The notes under the pieces: model-generated
What the model saw: the letters and a program-made list of their open reading frames with translations, nothing else
What the model was told of the DNA's origin: nothing
The model's database searches: none
Source: an uncultured Prevotella sp.
GTDB lineage: Bacteria; Bacteroidota; Bacteroidia; Bacteroidales; Bacteroidaceae
Assembly (NCBI GenBank): GCA_937863835.1
Contig: CALMHT010000180.1
Location: 5,395-69,394, forward strand
Length of the DNA: 64,000 nt
Reading direction: 5' to 3'
Translations under genes and position numbers: made by a program
In this document: piece after piece, positions 31,156 through 42,428 of the stretch
How the letters are laid out: every line of letters begins with the position of its first letter
Position numbering within the stretch: the stretch's first letter is position 1

Positions 31156-32619
31156 TTATTTTAATTTTGCCAGCTGTTTGTTTAGTTCTATTGTTTGCAA
31201 ATACTTTTCACCAAACCGATTGGTAAAAACAATCTCTATTTTCTTAGCTTCTATTGATGGTTTTAATCTGAAAAGATGCGCAGTGTGGCATCCATATTTT
31301 TTATTCCGCATAATTTTCAGATAGTCTGCATCTTCATCCAAAAATTGGTCCATGTCTCCTTTGGAAATACCGTCTTCGTACCATTCCATCTTACATTTTT
31401 CATCATAGTCCCATGCATTGACTACAATGTATTCTTTTTGTGTAAGGAATTCACCTTGTTTATATATTCTAAATTGATATGATATAGGGTCCTTCGTACT
31501 TTTGTAATGCCATTTAATATCTGTTCCGTTAACATCTACGATAAGATATCCATTAGGAGCACCATCCCTGTTAACGTCTCCAAACCACCATGCGCCACAT
31601 GCTGCACCTATGTTGTGTTGGTATAGGTTTTCACTAGGCTCTTCATTTTCGTAATAATGAGTATGACCACAGAAATAATGTACTTTATAATCTTTGAATA
31701 TGCTTTGCAATTCTGCGGCATTACGGGTGTTGCCTGATTTGTCCCATTTGTTAAAGGCAGCTGCGTGCATGTTCAGGAAAACAGTCGTTCCTGTCGGTAC
31801 GAAGCTCAAGTCTTTTTTCAACCATGATATTTCGGCAGGAGTAAGTCTTTCTATATATTTCCCTTTGCCTAGATAGTCTATATTCTTGATTGTTATAATA
31901 TGTATTTTCCCTATGTTATATGAGTAATCGGTAGGTCCGAAAAAATGATGATAATACATATCTGAATATAAGGAAGAACCTTTCTTTGAGTTGCCAAGGT
32001 CTGGATATTTGGCGTAAAAGTCGTGGTTACCTATACAGTTGAATATTGTCATGCCCATATTCTCAATAGACTTTTTGTATTTCATCCACATATTAACGTT
32101 TTCAAAAACGAGATCTCCTAGCGTGTTACCTACAACTTCATCATCTTTGTTGAGCTTTTCTATTTCTTTTTTCAGATCTACTACTGTTTCGGTATTCCAT
32201 CTGTTGAAATCATGTTCACTTAGCATCTGAGGATCAGATATAGCTATATAGAAGAACTTGTCAGTTATCTTTTTCCTCAGATTGAGTCTGAAATCGCATA
32301 TTTTATTTTTTGCCTTTTGTTTTGTTATTATTTTCAGAGGCATGTAGAATCCTTCGGCAATACCATTTTTCTGTGGCAGTTCATAATCGGCAGGAGTGGA
32401 GATGGAAATGAACTTACTTATCATTGTGTCTGCTGTTATGCGATAATATCCCTTTTTATTCGTTTTTACAAAGTTTACACCATCATTGATGACAACTTCA
32501 GGAATACCAATGCCACTTTTATCGCAAACTTTACCCGTTACCGTAACGTTAAATTTCTGTGCCATCGTAACGGTTACCGATGAACAGAATAGAAGAATAG
32601 TTAATATTGAATATTTCAT
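31156..32619 (-). CDS. Exported calcineurin-like phosphoesterase with N-terminal beta-sandwich and C-terminal extension
   Basis: Signal peptide; SDPQ, LGDLV, IGNHD, MHAA and GHTH motifs; GAACGAWW...NRDGAPNGY C-terminal signature. Confidence 0.87.
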   Translation of the reverse strand: MKYSILTILLFCSSVTVTMAQKFNVTVTGKVCDKSGIGIPEVVINDGVNFVKTNKKGYYRITADTMISKFISISTPADYELPQKNGIAEGFYMPLKIITKQKAKNKICDFRLNLRKKITDKFFYIAISDPQMLSEHDFNRWNTETVVDLKKEIEKLNKDDEVVGNTLGDLVFENVNMWMKYKKSIENMGMTIFNCIGNHDFYAKYPDLGNSKKGSSLYSDMYYHHFFGPTDYSYNIGKIHIITIKNIDYLGKGKYIERLTPAEISWLKKDLSFVPTGTTVFLNMHAAAFNKWDKSGNTRNAAELQSIFKDYKVHYFCGHTHYYENEEPSENLYQHNIGAACGAWWFGDVNRDGAPNGYLIVDVNGTDIKWHYKSTKDPISYQFRIYKQGEFLTQKEYIVVNAWDYDEKCKMEWYEDGISKGDMDQFLDEDADYLKIMRNKKYGCHTAHLFRLKPSIEAKKIEIVFTNRFGEKYLQTIELNKQLAKLK

Positions 32620-32630
32620 CTTTTATGAAA

Positions 32631-34937
32631 TCAATTAAAGAAATTCCAAGAAACGCCAAAACGAAGTATCTGTCCGTTGAGAGGGTAGTGTGGGGCATAG
32701 AAATAATCTTTGCCACCGGCCACGTGACTCATCATGAGGAAAAAACGGGTGTGTTTGAGATGCATATTGGCGTAAACATTAATGATTGGGCAATTACCTA
32801 TCTCCACTTGATTATTTCCTGTCTGGATACAATATTGTCCTAAGGCCGCACTGTAGTCCGGGGCATAATACTTTGTAAAGAATCTCACGTCTCCTCCTAA
32901 GTCAACTTTTAAGACATGAGCTATCATGAATCTTAAGTACAAGTTCGAGTAAATATTAAGGTCAGGTACAGGCAGAATATTACCATTTGTACTCTTTTGA
33001 TATGTTATTTGGTTTTCCCAATTTAGAGGACCTAGCGTGAAATCCTGGTTGAGCTGGGCTGTGATTAGACTTATGTTCTCTGAACTTTGATTTACAGACA
33101 CTGTATTCATAGTACGACTTGAAGAAGTTGCTGTATATGCCATTGAAAAATAAGTGTAATTCTGTAGATTATCAACAGCTACTCGAAGACGTGTACGAGT
33201 ACGTTTAAGTGAAAAGTCGCCCTCAATATGTGTTCGTAATTCTTTGTCGAGACCATCGTTATCCCACCAAAAATGTTTTGATTGGTAGTGTCGATAAAAG
33301 AATGTTGGGTTTAAACGATAGAAAAACGCCTTCGCAGCGAGTTGAACTGTGTCATTGAATAGATGGAAATTAACATCAGCGCGACCGTCCAGTTTCAGTT
33401 GTCCTGCATCTTCACCTACCAGCCAAGTTTCGGCCATCAGATTATAGTGCAGCATCGAACCTTGAGTCTTGTTCAGTTGTGCGCCAACACTAATATTGTG
33501 TTCGCTCCAAGATTGTCTACCGATACCGGTTGAATCCGGCATAGAAAAATTGCGGTATTCGTGAGTCCCAAAAATTTTAAGACCAGCTTTCGCATATTTA
33601 TTAAAGCCCTCCAATAAAGCTATAGCGAAAGTGTTCTTGATATTATAATATTTAGTTTTATCGTAAATGGAATCCCCAGCTAGCACCCCATCCGTGAAAT
33701 AGGTATTGGTATAATAATTTGTTGGAGACTGATATGCTTCATATATACGGCTATGATAATTAAAATCCAGCGTATGTATAAAACTAGTCACGGGGACATA
33801 TTCGTTTTTCAGCCACGCTGTATCCTCCGCCGATTTTTTTGCTGCAGCAATCAGGCTATCTGCCTCAGCTTTGCTCTTAACAGTAATACGTTCCTCTTTA
33901 TGAATAGAGTCAATAGGTTCGTTTCCTGCTATTTTTGCATTGTCAGGTCTTCCTCCGAAGGTTTTAGGCATGTCTTTGTCATCCATGTCCTTTATGTCCT
34001 TTTTGTGCTTTTTAGCTTCTTTTTCTTTTTCTTTAAGAGCATCATTCTCTTTTTTTGATGCCATCCCGAATTTCTTTGCCTTAATTTCATCTTCGGTCAT
34101 CTTAACCTTACGGTTAAATCCTATATTATATCGATGTGTCAGGAATATATGATGATTGTCGTTGCGATTCCAGTTTTCGGAAAGAATAGTGGGAATCTCA
34201 TCAGAACTGAATTTCTCAGAAAAACTTTCAGGATGTGTGATGTAATTATCATCTGTTATACCACCATTTTCTGCCACTTTTTCATGATTGGTAGAAAAAA
34301 GAAAGTGCATATCATATCTGTCACCGAGGTAAGAGGCGTACAGAGATGCATTAAAATGGCTAGTACTCTGATTTGAATAATAACCTCTGCCGTAAATATA
34401 GTCGAATTTAAAACCCAAACCTAATCTTTTATTCGCATTTACGGCAAAAAGAGCCTTTAAATGATCTTCTCCGTTTGTTTTATTGCCGCATTCATCATAA
34501 GAAATATTAGTAATAGGCGACAAAGTATTTGTAAACTGAAATTTGTCTATTGGAGTGAGAAAGAAATCGTATGGATCAGTAAAAATAAACTGACTGGCAA
34601 GAGGACGATCAATGAAAATGCGATTGATACGAGGTGATCCAAGATTACCTAATGTATTATACTCTCCACGCATACCTGTCGTGAAGATTGAATTCATATA
34701 CATGTTAGGCATCGTGTCAGGTAAGGCTTCTATACGATCACCAAATCTACTGTCTATAGTCCATACTTTTAATCCGATAGGAATTTCCTTATCAGAACCT
34801 AGTGAATCCTTTTTATTGTTTCTGCCATTTTCGTTACGGGTTGATATATTACCATTCGTATCCATCTGATTGTATGATTGTCCATATACTATGGCAGACA
34901 TGAGGGCACACATAAGTGTGAATATGATTTTCTTCAT
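32631..34937 (-). CDS. Putative outer-membrane beta-barrel (Bacteroidetes putative porin family)
   Basis: Signal peptide, amphipathic beta strands, C-terminal ILRFGVSWNFFN (BAM beta-signal-like); contains a Lys/Glu/Asp-rich insertion. Confidence 0.78.
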   Translation of the reverse strand: MKKIIFTLMCALMSAIVYGQSYNQMDTNGNISTRNENGRNNKKDSLGSDKEIPIGLKVWTIDSRFGDRIEALPDTMPNMYMNSIFTTGMRGEYNTLGNLGSPRINRIFIDRPLASQFIFTDPYDFFLTPIDKFQFTNTLSPITNISYDECGNKTNGEDHLKALFAVNANKRLGLGFKFDYIYGRGYYSNQSTSHFNASLYASYLGDRYDMHFLFSTNHEKVAENGGITDDNYITHPESFSEKFSSDEIPTILSENWNRNDNHHIFLTHRYNIGFNRKVKMTEDEIKAKKFGMASKKENDALKEKEKEAKKHKKDIKDMDDKDMPKTFGGRPDNAKIAGNEPIDSIHKEERITVKSKAEADSLIAAAKKSAEDTAWLKNEYVPVTSFIHTLDFNYHSRIYEAYQSPTNYYTNTYFTDGVLAGDSIYDKTKYYNIKNTFAIALLEGFNKYAKAGLKIFGTHEYRNFSMPDSTGIGRQSWSEHNISVGAQLNKTQGSMLHYNLMAETWLVGEDAGQLKLDGRADVNFHLFNDTVQLAAKAFFYRLNPTFFYRHYQSKHFWWDNDGLDKELRTHIEGDFSLKRTRTRLRVAVDNLQNYTYFSMAYTATSSSRTMNTVSVNQSSENISLITAQLNQDFTLGPLNWENQITYQKSTNGNILPVPDLNIYSNLYLRFMIAHVLKVDLGGDVRFFTKYYAPDYSAALGQYCIQTGNNQVEIGNCPIINVYANMHLKHTRFFLMMSHVAGGKDYFYAPHYPLNGQILRFGVSWNFFN

Positions 34938-34944
34938 CTAAATA

Positions 34945-35190
34945 TTAACGATTGATCATTCTTATTATAGATTCTGCTATTTTTATAGTCATGGCAATTA
35001 ATATAATTATAGTGCCAGCAAACTTGTCACTATAGAAATACATTAATAGTCCTATAATTGCACCAATCATGAATATAATGTTCAGTATATTCCTGATTTT
35101 CAAGTTCTGTGCAGGTTGCTTTTCCCTTTTATGAATTGACTTCTTCCCAATGGTTTCGTCTACAATCTTGTCTACCTCTTCTTTTTCCAT
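34945..35190 (-). CDS. Small two-TM hypothetical membrane protein
   Basis: 81 aa, two hydrophobic helices, co-oriented in the operon with tight spacing. Confidence 0.7.
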   Translation of the reverse strand: MEKEEVDKIVDETIGKKSIHKREKQPAQNLKIRNILNIIFMIGAIIGLLMYFYSDKFAGTIIILIAMTIKIAESIIRMINR

Positions 35191-35198
35191 TATTTAAA

Positions 35199-35831
35199 TT
35201 AATTTTCTGTCAGTACCTCTTTTATTGTATTGAACAGATAATTTTTTCTGTCAATAGTCTTTCTACGGAATTTACCTGTATTTCTTAATAATTTAGTCCT
35301 GTTTTTGTTAACTGCATATTTATCAGTAATCCAGTCTTCTGCAAAATAATGCCCACCTCCACGGTCAACTTCGTAATCATAAGACAACTTGTTAATCGTG
35401 AGTTTTACACAACCGTTTTCACATTGTGCTATGATCTGATAATTAAATTGTGTTCGGTCCAGCATCAAGGCCTTGTCTGAAAAAACTAGCCATTCCGAGT
35501 ATCTTGCTGATATGATACCATTAGCAGGGTCATGGTAAGCTACATTACTTTTACCGCTGAATTGACCTTCTTCTGTTGTCATATCTTGTAGAAAAGAATC
35601 CACTTTCTCATATATTTGGTCTTTAGATTTTCCCGGAATCTGAATCGTTGTAGAGAAACAGACCTTTCCGTCAATAACAGGTATGGCACCTTCATCTATA
35701 TATTTTTGATCCGGATTTATTTTGATTTGAGCGCCTTTTTTTATTTCCGACTTTGGACGTTCCCAAACATTCTGAGCCATACCTATAAGAGGTAAGCATG
35801 CTAAAGCGACTATCAATATTTTTTTCATCAT
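35199..35831 (-). CDS. Exported protein, DUF4468-like (TBP-like fold)
   Basis: Signal peptide; Y..GAIPVIDGKV.F, KDQIYE and FRRKTIDRK resemble Bacteroidales DUF4468 proteins. Confidence 0.65.
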   Translation of the reverse strand: MMKKILIVALACLPLIGMAQNVWERPKSEIKKGAQIKINPDQKYIDEGAIPVIDGKVCFSTTIQIPGKSKDQIYEKVDSFLQDMTTEEGQFSGKSNVAYHDPANGIISARYSEWLVFSDKALMLDRTQFNYQIIAQCENGCVKLTINKLSYDYEVDRGGGHYFAEDWITDKYAVNKNRTKLLRNTGKFRRKTIDRKNYLFNTIKEVLTEN

Positions 35832-35913
35832 ATATATAGTTTAATATTCTTACGATTGGCAAAAATACAAAAATAATATTTATAAAGTGGCGTTTTAATG
35901 TTTTTTTTGATTA

Positions 35914-37953
35914 CTATTTTAGTTCCAGTTCCTTTTGTAATCTTATTATTTCATCGCGATATTGTGCCGCCTGGATAAAATCAAGTTCTTTTGCAGCCTG
36001 TTTCATAAGTATAGTCGTGTCTGCTATGCTCTTTTCCAGTTGAACCCTTGTCATCCTCTTTACTATCGGATCAGCAGCGAACGCCATACTGTCATCCGGA
36101 CCAGAATAAGCCATTTGTGCCATATCGTTTTTCTTAACATCACCAGTGTTATCCGGAATCGTCAGACTACTGCTCTTAATATCCTTAACTATCTGTGTCG
36201 GCGTAATATGATGCTCATTATTATACTTCATCTGTTTCATTCGTCGTCTGTTGGTTTCATCGATTGTCAACTGCATACTGTTGGTGATTTTATCAGCGTA
36301 CATAATTACCTTACCGTTTACATTTCTTGCGGCACGACCGGCAGTTTGTGTCAATGAACGGTGACTGCGCAAGAATCCCTCTTTGTCGGCATCGATTATA
36401 GCAACGAGAGAAACCTCTGGTAAATCCAGTCCTTCGCGTAGAAGATTTACACCGACCAAAACATCGTATTCGCCGGCACGGAGCCCATTAAGAATCTTTA
36501 CTCTTTCCAGTGTATCCACATCACTATGGATATAGTTGGTCTTAATATTGTGGTTAAGAAGATATTCAGTCAGTTCTTCAGCCATACGTTTTGTAAGTGT
36601 CGTAACAAGAACCCGTTCGCCTCTATGACTTCTTGTTAATATTTCATCGAGTAAATCATCTATTTGGTTTTCGGAAGGACGAACTTCTATAATCGGGTCG
36701 AGTAGTCCCGTAGGACGTATGATTTGTTCCACCACAACACCTTCCGACTGTGCCAATTCATAATCAGCCGGAGTGGCGGAAACATAGATGACTTGGTTTG
36801 TCATAGATTCAAATTCTTCAAATTTTAATGGGCGGTTATCAAATGCGGCCGGTAGACGGAATCCGAATTCCACCAGATTCGTTTTGCGTGCTCTGTCTCC
36901 TCCATACATGGCATTAATCTGCGGGACACTGACATGACTCTCGTCAATAACCATCAGAAAGTCTTTTGGGAAAAAATCGAGAAGGCAATATGGACGTTGT
37001 CCTGCTTCACGACCGTCAAAATATCTTGAATAGTTTTCAATACCCGAACAATGTCCAAGTTCTTTAATCATTTCCATATCATATTCCACGCGTTCCTTTA
37101 TTCTTTGTGCCTTTATCGTATCACCGATACTCTCAAAGAATTCCACTTGTTTCATCATGTCATCCTGTATGTGTCTGATTGCATCTTCCGTTTGTTCCTT
37201 CGAAGTTACGAACAAGTTTGCAGGATAAATCTGGTAATCTTCAAAGGATGCCATTTTGTGATAGTCTACCGCATCAACTTCCGTGATTTCATCAATTTCG
37301 TCATCCCAAAAAGATACCCTTAAAACATAATCACTATATGCCATAAAAATATCTACCGTATCACCTTTTACACGGAAATTGCCACGGTTCAGTTCAATGT
37401 CATTCCGTACATACAGCGCATTTACAAGTCTGCGGAGTAATTCGTTGCGGTCTAATTTCATACCTCTTTTAATCACGATAACGCTGTCTTGCATGGCTGA
37501 AGGACCACCCATACCATATATACATGATACAGATGATACAACGATAACATCTTTTCGACCGGAAAGCAATGCAGATACAGCACTGAGGCGCAGTTTGTCT
37601 ATCTCGTCGTTGATAGCCAGGTCTTTTTCAATATAAGTGTCAGTGGTTGGCAGATACGCTTCGGGTTGATAATAATCATAGTAAGAAACATAATATTCTA
37701 CAGAGTTTTCAGGGAAGAACCCCTTCATCTCATCATATAATTGGGCTGCAAGAGTCTTATTATGACTAAGTATTAATGTCGGCTTGTTAACATTAGCAAT
37801 CACATTTGCCACTGTAAATGTCTTACCTGATCCGGTTACACCTAAGAGAACTTGTGATTTGTCTCCTCGTTCCAATCCGTCAGTCAACTGTTCAATAGCT
37901 TCCGGTTGGTCTCCGGTCGGTTTGTATTTAGATGTTAATTTGAAATTACCCAT
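35914..37953 (-). CDS. uvrB: Excinuclease ABC subunit B
   Basis: GVTGSGKT, YYDYYQPEAY beta-hairpin, IDESH, LREGLDLPEV, GRAARN and a C-terminal UVR domain. Confidence 0.98.
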   Translation of the reverse strand: MGNFKLTSKYKPTGDQPEAIEQLTDGLERGDKSQVLLGVTGSGKTFTVANVIANVNKPTLILSHNKTLAAQLYDEMKGFFPENSVEYYVSYYDYYQPEAYLPTTDTYIEKDLAINDEIDKLRLSAVSALLSGRKDVIVVSSVSCIYGMGGPSAMQDSVIVIKRGMKLDRNELLRRLVNALYVRNDIELNRGNFRVKGDTVDIFMAYSDYVLRVSFWDDEIDEITEVDAVDYHKMASFEDYQIYPANLFVTSKEQTEDAIRHIQDDMMKQVEFFESIGDTIKAQRIKERVEYDMEMIKELGHCSGIENYSRYFDGREAGQRPYCLLDFFPKDFLMVIDESHVSVPQINAMYGGDRARKTNLVEFGFRLPAAFDNRPLKFEEFESMTNQVIYVSATPADYELAQSEGVVVEQIIRPTGLLDPIIEVRPSENQIDDLLDEILTRSHRGERVLVTTLTKRMAEELTEYLLNHNIKTNYIHSDVDTLERVKILNGLRAGEYDVLVGVNLLREGLDLPEVSLVAIIDADKEGFLRSHRSLTQTAGRAARNVNGKVIMYADKITNSMQLTIDETNRRRMKQMKYNNEHHITPTQIVKDIKSSSLTIPDNTGDVKKNDMAQMAYSGPDDSMAFAADPIVKRMTRVQLEKSIADTTILMKQAAKELDFIQAAQYRDEIIRLQKELELK

Positions 37954-38096
37954 ATATGAAAGTTTGATAGGGATGGCAAAATTACGTAAATTCTAGACAA
38001 TAAACGTAATAATGAGCAATTTTTTGCTAAAAATCATTATCAATACTTTGTATTTAAAGGAATTATGATTACTTTTGCATGCAAATTTTTAGAAAT

Positions 38097-38919
38097 GAAA
38101 AGAAATATATTAATCTTATCAGCCATAACAATCTTGCTGAGCAGTTGTGCCAGTGAGTTTAATGCTGTATACAAATCACAAGATTACGACTATAAATACG
38201 AGTATGCAAAAGAAAGTTTTGCAACAGGACACTTTACTAGAGCTATTACTCTGTTACAGGAGTTAGTGACTATAGAAAAGGGAACAGACAATGCTCAGGA
38301 ATGTTTGTATATGTTGGGTATGGCAGAATATTGCAGTCACGATTATGTTACTTCTTCCGAATATTTTAAGAAGTATGTGTCCAGTTATCCTAAAGGAATA
38401 TATGCCGAACAGGCTTCTTATTATAATGCTGAAGCGCTATATCGTAGTACACCAGAAGCGCGTCTGGACCAGACAGGCACTTATAGTGCAATTACAGCTT
38501 ATCAGGACTTTCTTGATGTATTTCCAGACAGCAAATATAGGAAACTTGCTCAGAGTCGCATGTTTGAATTGCAGGATAAATTAATCGAGAAGGAATATTT
38601 AACAGCTAAGTTGTATTATAATCTGGGTTCGTATTTTGGTAATTGTAACAATGGAGGCAGTAATTATGAAGCCAGTATTATAACAGCTCAGAATGCCGTT
38701 AAGGATTATCCATACACGAAAAAACGTGAGCAGTTCATTTTGTTGATAATGAAAGGCAAATTCGGATTGGCACAGCAAAGTATAGAAGAAAAGAAACTGG
38801 AACGTTTCCGTGATGCGGAAGATGAATGTTATGGTTTTCTTAATGAATTTCCCGACAGTAAAGATAAGGCATTGGCAGAAAAGTATATAGCAGAATGCAA
38901 GAAAATAACAAAGGATTAA
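38097..38919 (+). CDS. bamD: Outer membrane protein assembly lipoprotein BamD
   Basis: Lipobox LLSSC and TPR repeats, LDQ..T..AI..YQ.F...FPDS.Y. The start is set at MKRN (38097) because a TACTTTTG -7 element lies at about 38070-38077. Confidence 0.88.
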
Positions 38920-38939
38920 AATTATAATTATAATTAGAT

Positions 38940-39263
38940 ATGGATTACAAAAAATCAAAAGCCCCCGTAAATACGGTAACACGTAATATTATGGATTTGT
39001 GTACTGAGACAGGTAATATTTATGAAAGTGTAGCTATTATCTCTAAACGTTCAAATCAGATTTCACAGGAGATAAAACAGGATTTGAGTAAGAAACTGGC
39101 AGAATTTGCTTCGTATAATGATAGTCTTGAAGAAGTTTTCGAAAACCGTGAGCAAATAGAAATTTCACGTTATTATGAGAAATTGCCAAAGTCTACATTG
39201 ATTGCGACACAAGAATTTGTTGACGGAAATATCTATTGGCGTGATCCTTCCAAGGAGGCATAG
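38940..39263 (+). CDS. rpoZ: DNA-directed RNA polymerase subunit omega (Bacteroidetes type)
   Basis: TGNIYE.V.II.KR..QI and ENREQIEISRYYE.LPK.TL.A signature; conserved bamD-rpoZ order. Confidence 0.88.
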   Translation: MDYKKSKAPVNTVTRNIMDLCTETGNIYESVAIISKRSNQISQEIKQDLSKKLAEFASYNDSLEEVFENREQIEISRYYEKLPKSTLIATQEFVDGNIYWRDPSKEA

Positions 39264-39265
39264 TT

Positions 39266-39721
39266 ATGCTACAGCGTAAACAGACAATATATCTTTTTAT
39301 TGCCATTGTAGTTACCGTTATTGCTCTTGTTTTTCCTTTGGGATTTTATGAACAAGAAGGATTGGTAACTGGCAATATGTATAACTTGTGGATAATTACG
39401 GCACAGGGCATGCATGATATGGTAGTATGGCCATTGTTTGCTATACAACTGGTTACATTACCTTTGGCGGTTATATCTATTTTTGCATATCGGAATCGAA
39501 TATTTCAGTCAAGACTGTGTTCGCTGAATATATTATTATTGGTGGGATGGTATATCGTGTTTGTGGTTTATACTTTTGTGTTTAATGGTAGATACAATTC
39601 TGTATTCCACTATAGTTTGATAGACCTACTTCCATTGCTGTCGATTATATTATATTTTATTGCACGTAAGGGTATCATGGCTGATGAAAAATTAGTAAGA
39701 GACGCTGATAGAATAAGGTAG
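39266..39721 (+). CDS. DUF4293-family membrane protein
   Basis: MLQRKQT.YL start, four TM helices, C-terminal I..DEKLVR.ADRIR. Confidence 0.82.
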   Translation: MLQRKQTIYLFIAIVVTVIALVFPLGFYEQEGLVTGNMYNLWIITAQGMHDMVVWPLFAIQLVTLPLAVISIFAYRNRIFQSRLCSLNILLLVGWYIVFVVYTFVFNGRYNSVFHYSLIDLLPLLSIILYFIARKGIMADEKLVRDADRIR

Positions 39722-39753
39722 AATTATTAATTAAGATAATGATAATAAAAATA

Positions 39754-39796
39754 AAAAAGAGGATGTGTCTATATTTGTTGGGCACATCCTCTTTTT
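39754..39796. terminator. Bidirectional intrinsic terminator between DUF4293 and clpC
   Basis: AAAAAGAGGATGTG-N15-CACATCCTCTTTTT between convergent genes. Confidence 0.88.
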
Positions 39797-39797
39797 G

Positions 39798-42329
39798 TTA
39801 TTGGATATTGAATGTCAAGGCCTCTTTATGAGGATCCTTTCCAATACTTATTGTTTGACCTTGTTTTATATTCTCATCAAGGATCTTTTCACATACGCCA
39901 TCTTCAATGTAATTCTGTATGGCACGTTTTAAGGGTCTTGCTCCGAATTGCACATCATAACCTTTTGTCGCCACAAATTCTTTTGCTTTGTCTGTAATGG
40001 AAATGTGGTATCCAAGATCGTTTACACGTTTAAACAGACTATGCAGTTCGAGATCTATAATCTTCTTTATAGCTTCTATATCCAATTGGTCAAATGTGAT
40101 GATTTCATCCAGACGGTTTAGAAATTCAGGTGAGAATGTCTTAGAAAGACTCTTCTGGATAATATCCCGTGCATATTCCTTATCCTTTTCGTCCAAGTTG
40201 GAACCTAGTTTCCCTGCATTGAATCCAACACCATGTGAGAATTCTTTCAACTGTTTTGTTCCTGCATTACTTGTCATAATAATAACCGTGTTGCGGAAAT
40301 CCACAAGTCTTCCGTTACCATCTGTCAAACGACCTTCGTCAAGCAGTTGCAGCAGCATATTGAAAACATTGCCATGAGCTTTCTCGATTTCGTCTAGTAG
40401 TACGATTGAATAAGGATGACGTCTCACACGTTCTGTCAATTGTCCACCTTCACCATAACCGACATATCCCGGAGGAGAACCGATAAGTCTTGAAACATTA
40501 AAACTTTCCGAATATTCACTCATATCAATTCTAATCAGGGCATTCGGAGAACCGAACATAAGTTCGGCCAATTTCTTTGCCATATAAGTTTTACCGACAC
40601 CTGTCGGACCTAAAAACATAAAGGCACCGATAGGGTGGTTGGGATCTTTCAGTCCGACGCGGTTGCGCTGTATAGCCTTTACCATTTTGTCTATAGCTTG
40701 ATCTTGCGCAATTACTTGAGATTTTAGTACCGACGACATCGTCTTTAGCCTTATACCTTCCGCTTCGGCGATACGTTGGACAGGAACACCTGTCATCATA
40801 GAAACGACATCAGCAACTTCAGCATCAGTTATTATCTGCCGTTCTTCTCCATCGCCTTTGCTCCATTTGTTATTGAGGTCCTCGAGTTCTTTTTCCAATT
40901 CTGTTTGCCGGTCGCGGTATCCGGCAGCCAGTTCGAAGTTTTGACCACGTACCGCATTCTGCTTCTTTTCCTTAATAAACTTGATTTCTTTCTCTTTCTC
41001 TGTAATTTCAGGAGGTACATTGACATTATTGAGATGTACCCTCGAACCTACTTCGTCGAGAGCATCTATCGCTTTGTCAGGAAAGAATCTGTCAGTGACA
41101 TATCTTCCTGTCAATTTGACACAAGCCAGAAGAGCCTCATCATTATATCTTACATGATGATGTTCCTCATACCTCTCCTTAATGTTTTCAAGAATCTGTA
41201 AAGTTTCAGTTTCTGTGGTAGCTTCAACAATAACTTTTTGGAATCTTCTTTCAAGAGCGCCGTCTTTTTCTATACTGTTTCGGTATTCGTCAAGAGTCGT
41301 CGCACCTATACATTGTATTGTACCACGTGCTAATGCCGGTTTTAGGATATTGGCGGCGTCCATTGAACCAGGAGCGCTTCCAGCACCCACAAGGGTGTGA
41401 ATCTCATCTATGAATATGATTATATCAGGGTTCTGTTCGATTTCATTAATCAAAGCCCTGATACGCTCTTCAAACTGTCCACGGTATTTGGTGCCGGCAA
41501 CAACAGACGTCATATCCAGACTGACAATTCTTTTATTAAATAAAATAGGTGACGTGTGACGTTTTGCAATAAGTTCAGCGAGTCCTTCCACAATAGCGCT
41601 TTTTCCGACACCCGGTTCGCCTATTAAAATAGGGTTATTTTTTTTACGTCTTCCCAGGATCTCAACGACACGTTGAATTTCTTTTTTGCGTCCGACAACC
41701 GGGTCCAACTTACCTTCTTCAGCCGCCTTCGTAATATCCGTACCGAAATTATCCAGCACGGGTGTCTTACTGGCAGGTTTTCGGGCTGATGTACCCACCT
41801 GTTGACTGTTGTCACGTGGTCTTAGCATAGGGTCGTCATCTTCATCTTCTTCCTCCTCATCATCAGGAAGTCCTATGCCGTCATGAGGCGCACTCTTTTG
41901 TTGAAGAATGCTGACTACATCATTGTAATTGATGTTATTGAATTCTAAAACTTCTTTTGCTCCATTGTTAACAGAGTCGTGAAGTATAGCTAAAAGTAGA
42001 TGCTGCACGTCTACCATAGACGTATTTTGCAAACGAGCCTCCAATACAGCTAGTTTGAGAATATTACTGGCACTCTCGTTCAGAACCAATTCATTCGTAT
42101 TAATTGGCTCAAAAGCCTCTTCCTCCCGTACTTTCTCTTCCAGTTCTTCTCTAACCGATTTTGTATTTAGACCGAATCTATTGAAAATATCCAATAACGG
42201 AATATCTTTTTCTCTCAAAATAGCTAGTAATAGGTGTTCAGGACCTACAGAACGACTTGCCAGACGAGCGGCCTCTTCTCTGCTAAAAGCAAGTACTTGA
42301 GAGACTTTTGGTGAAAACTGACTTGTCAT
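39798..42329 (-). CDS. clpC: ATP-dependent Clp protease ATP-binding subunit ClpC
   Basis: Clp N-domain repeats, [16 protein letters not shown] motif FELAAGYRD and second AAA+ domain GPTGVGKT. Confidence 0.95.
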   Translation of the reverse strand: MTSQFSPKVSQVLAFSREEAARLASRSVGPEHLLLAILREKDIPLLDIFNRFGLNTKSVREELEEKVREEEAFEPINTNELVLNESASNILKLAVLEARLQNTSMVDVQHLLLAILHDSVNNGAKEVLEFNNINYNDVVSILQQKSAPHDGIGLPDDEEEEDEDDDPMLRPRDNSQQVGTSARKPASKTPVLDNFGTDITKAAEEGKLDPVVGRKKEIQRVVEILGRRKKNNPILIGEPGVGKSAIVEGLAELIAKRHTSPILFNKRIVSLDMTSVVAGTKYRGQFEERIRALINEIEQNPDIIIFIDEIHTLVGAGSAPGSMDAANILKPALARGTIQCIGATTLDEYRNSIEKDGALERRFQKVIVEATTETETLQILENIKERYEEHHHVRYNDEALLACVKLTGRYVTDRFFPDKAIDALDEVGSRVHLNNVNVPPEITEKEKEIKFIKEKKQNAVRGQNFELAAGYRDRQTELEKELEDLNNKWSKGDGEERQIITDAEVADVVSMMTGVPVQRIAEAEGIRLKTMSSVLKSQVIAQDQAIDKMVKAIQRNRVGLKDPNHPIGAFMFLGPTGVGKTYMAKKLAELMFGSPNALIRIDMSEYSESFNVSRLIGSPPGYVGYGEGGQLTERVRRHPYSIVLLDEIEKAHGNVFNMLLQLLDEGRLTDGNGRLVDFRNTVIIMTSNAGTKQLKEFSHGVGFNAGKLGSNLDEKDKEYARDIIQKSLSKTFSPEFLNRLDEIITFDQLDIEAIKKIIDLELHSLFKRVNDLGYHISITDKAKEFVATKGYDVQFGARPLKRAIQNYIEDGVCEKILDENIKQGQTISIGKDPHKEALTFNIQ

Positions 42330-42391
42330 AATCTTACCTTTCTTTATTATTTAAATATTTTATTCATTCCATGCACCACATTAGTACGATG

Positions 42392-42399
42392 CAAATATA
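42392..42399 (-). promoter_or_regulatory. -7 element (TATATTTG) for clpC
   Basis: CAAATATA on + strand, about 63 nt upstream of clpC. Confidence 0.55.
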
Positions 42400-42412
42400 C
42401 AATAATTGATTA

Positions 42413-42428
42413 ACAAATCCCGTGCCAA
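42413..42428 (-). promoter_or_regulatory. Sigma54-like -24/-12 motif upstream of clpC
   Basis: Minus strand TTGGCACGGGATTTGT: perfect -24 box TGGCACG, and -12 TTGT instead of TTGC at the correct spacing. Confidence 0.55.
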
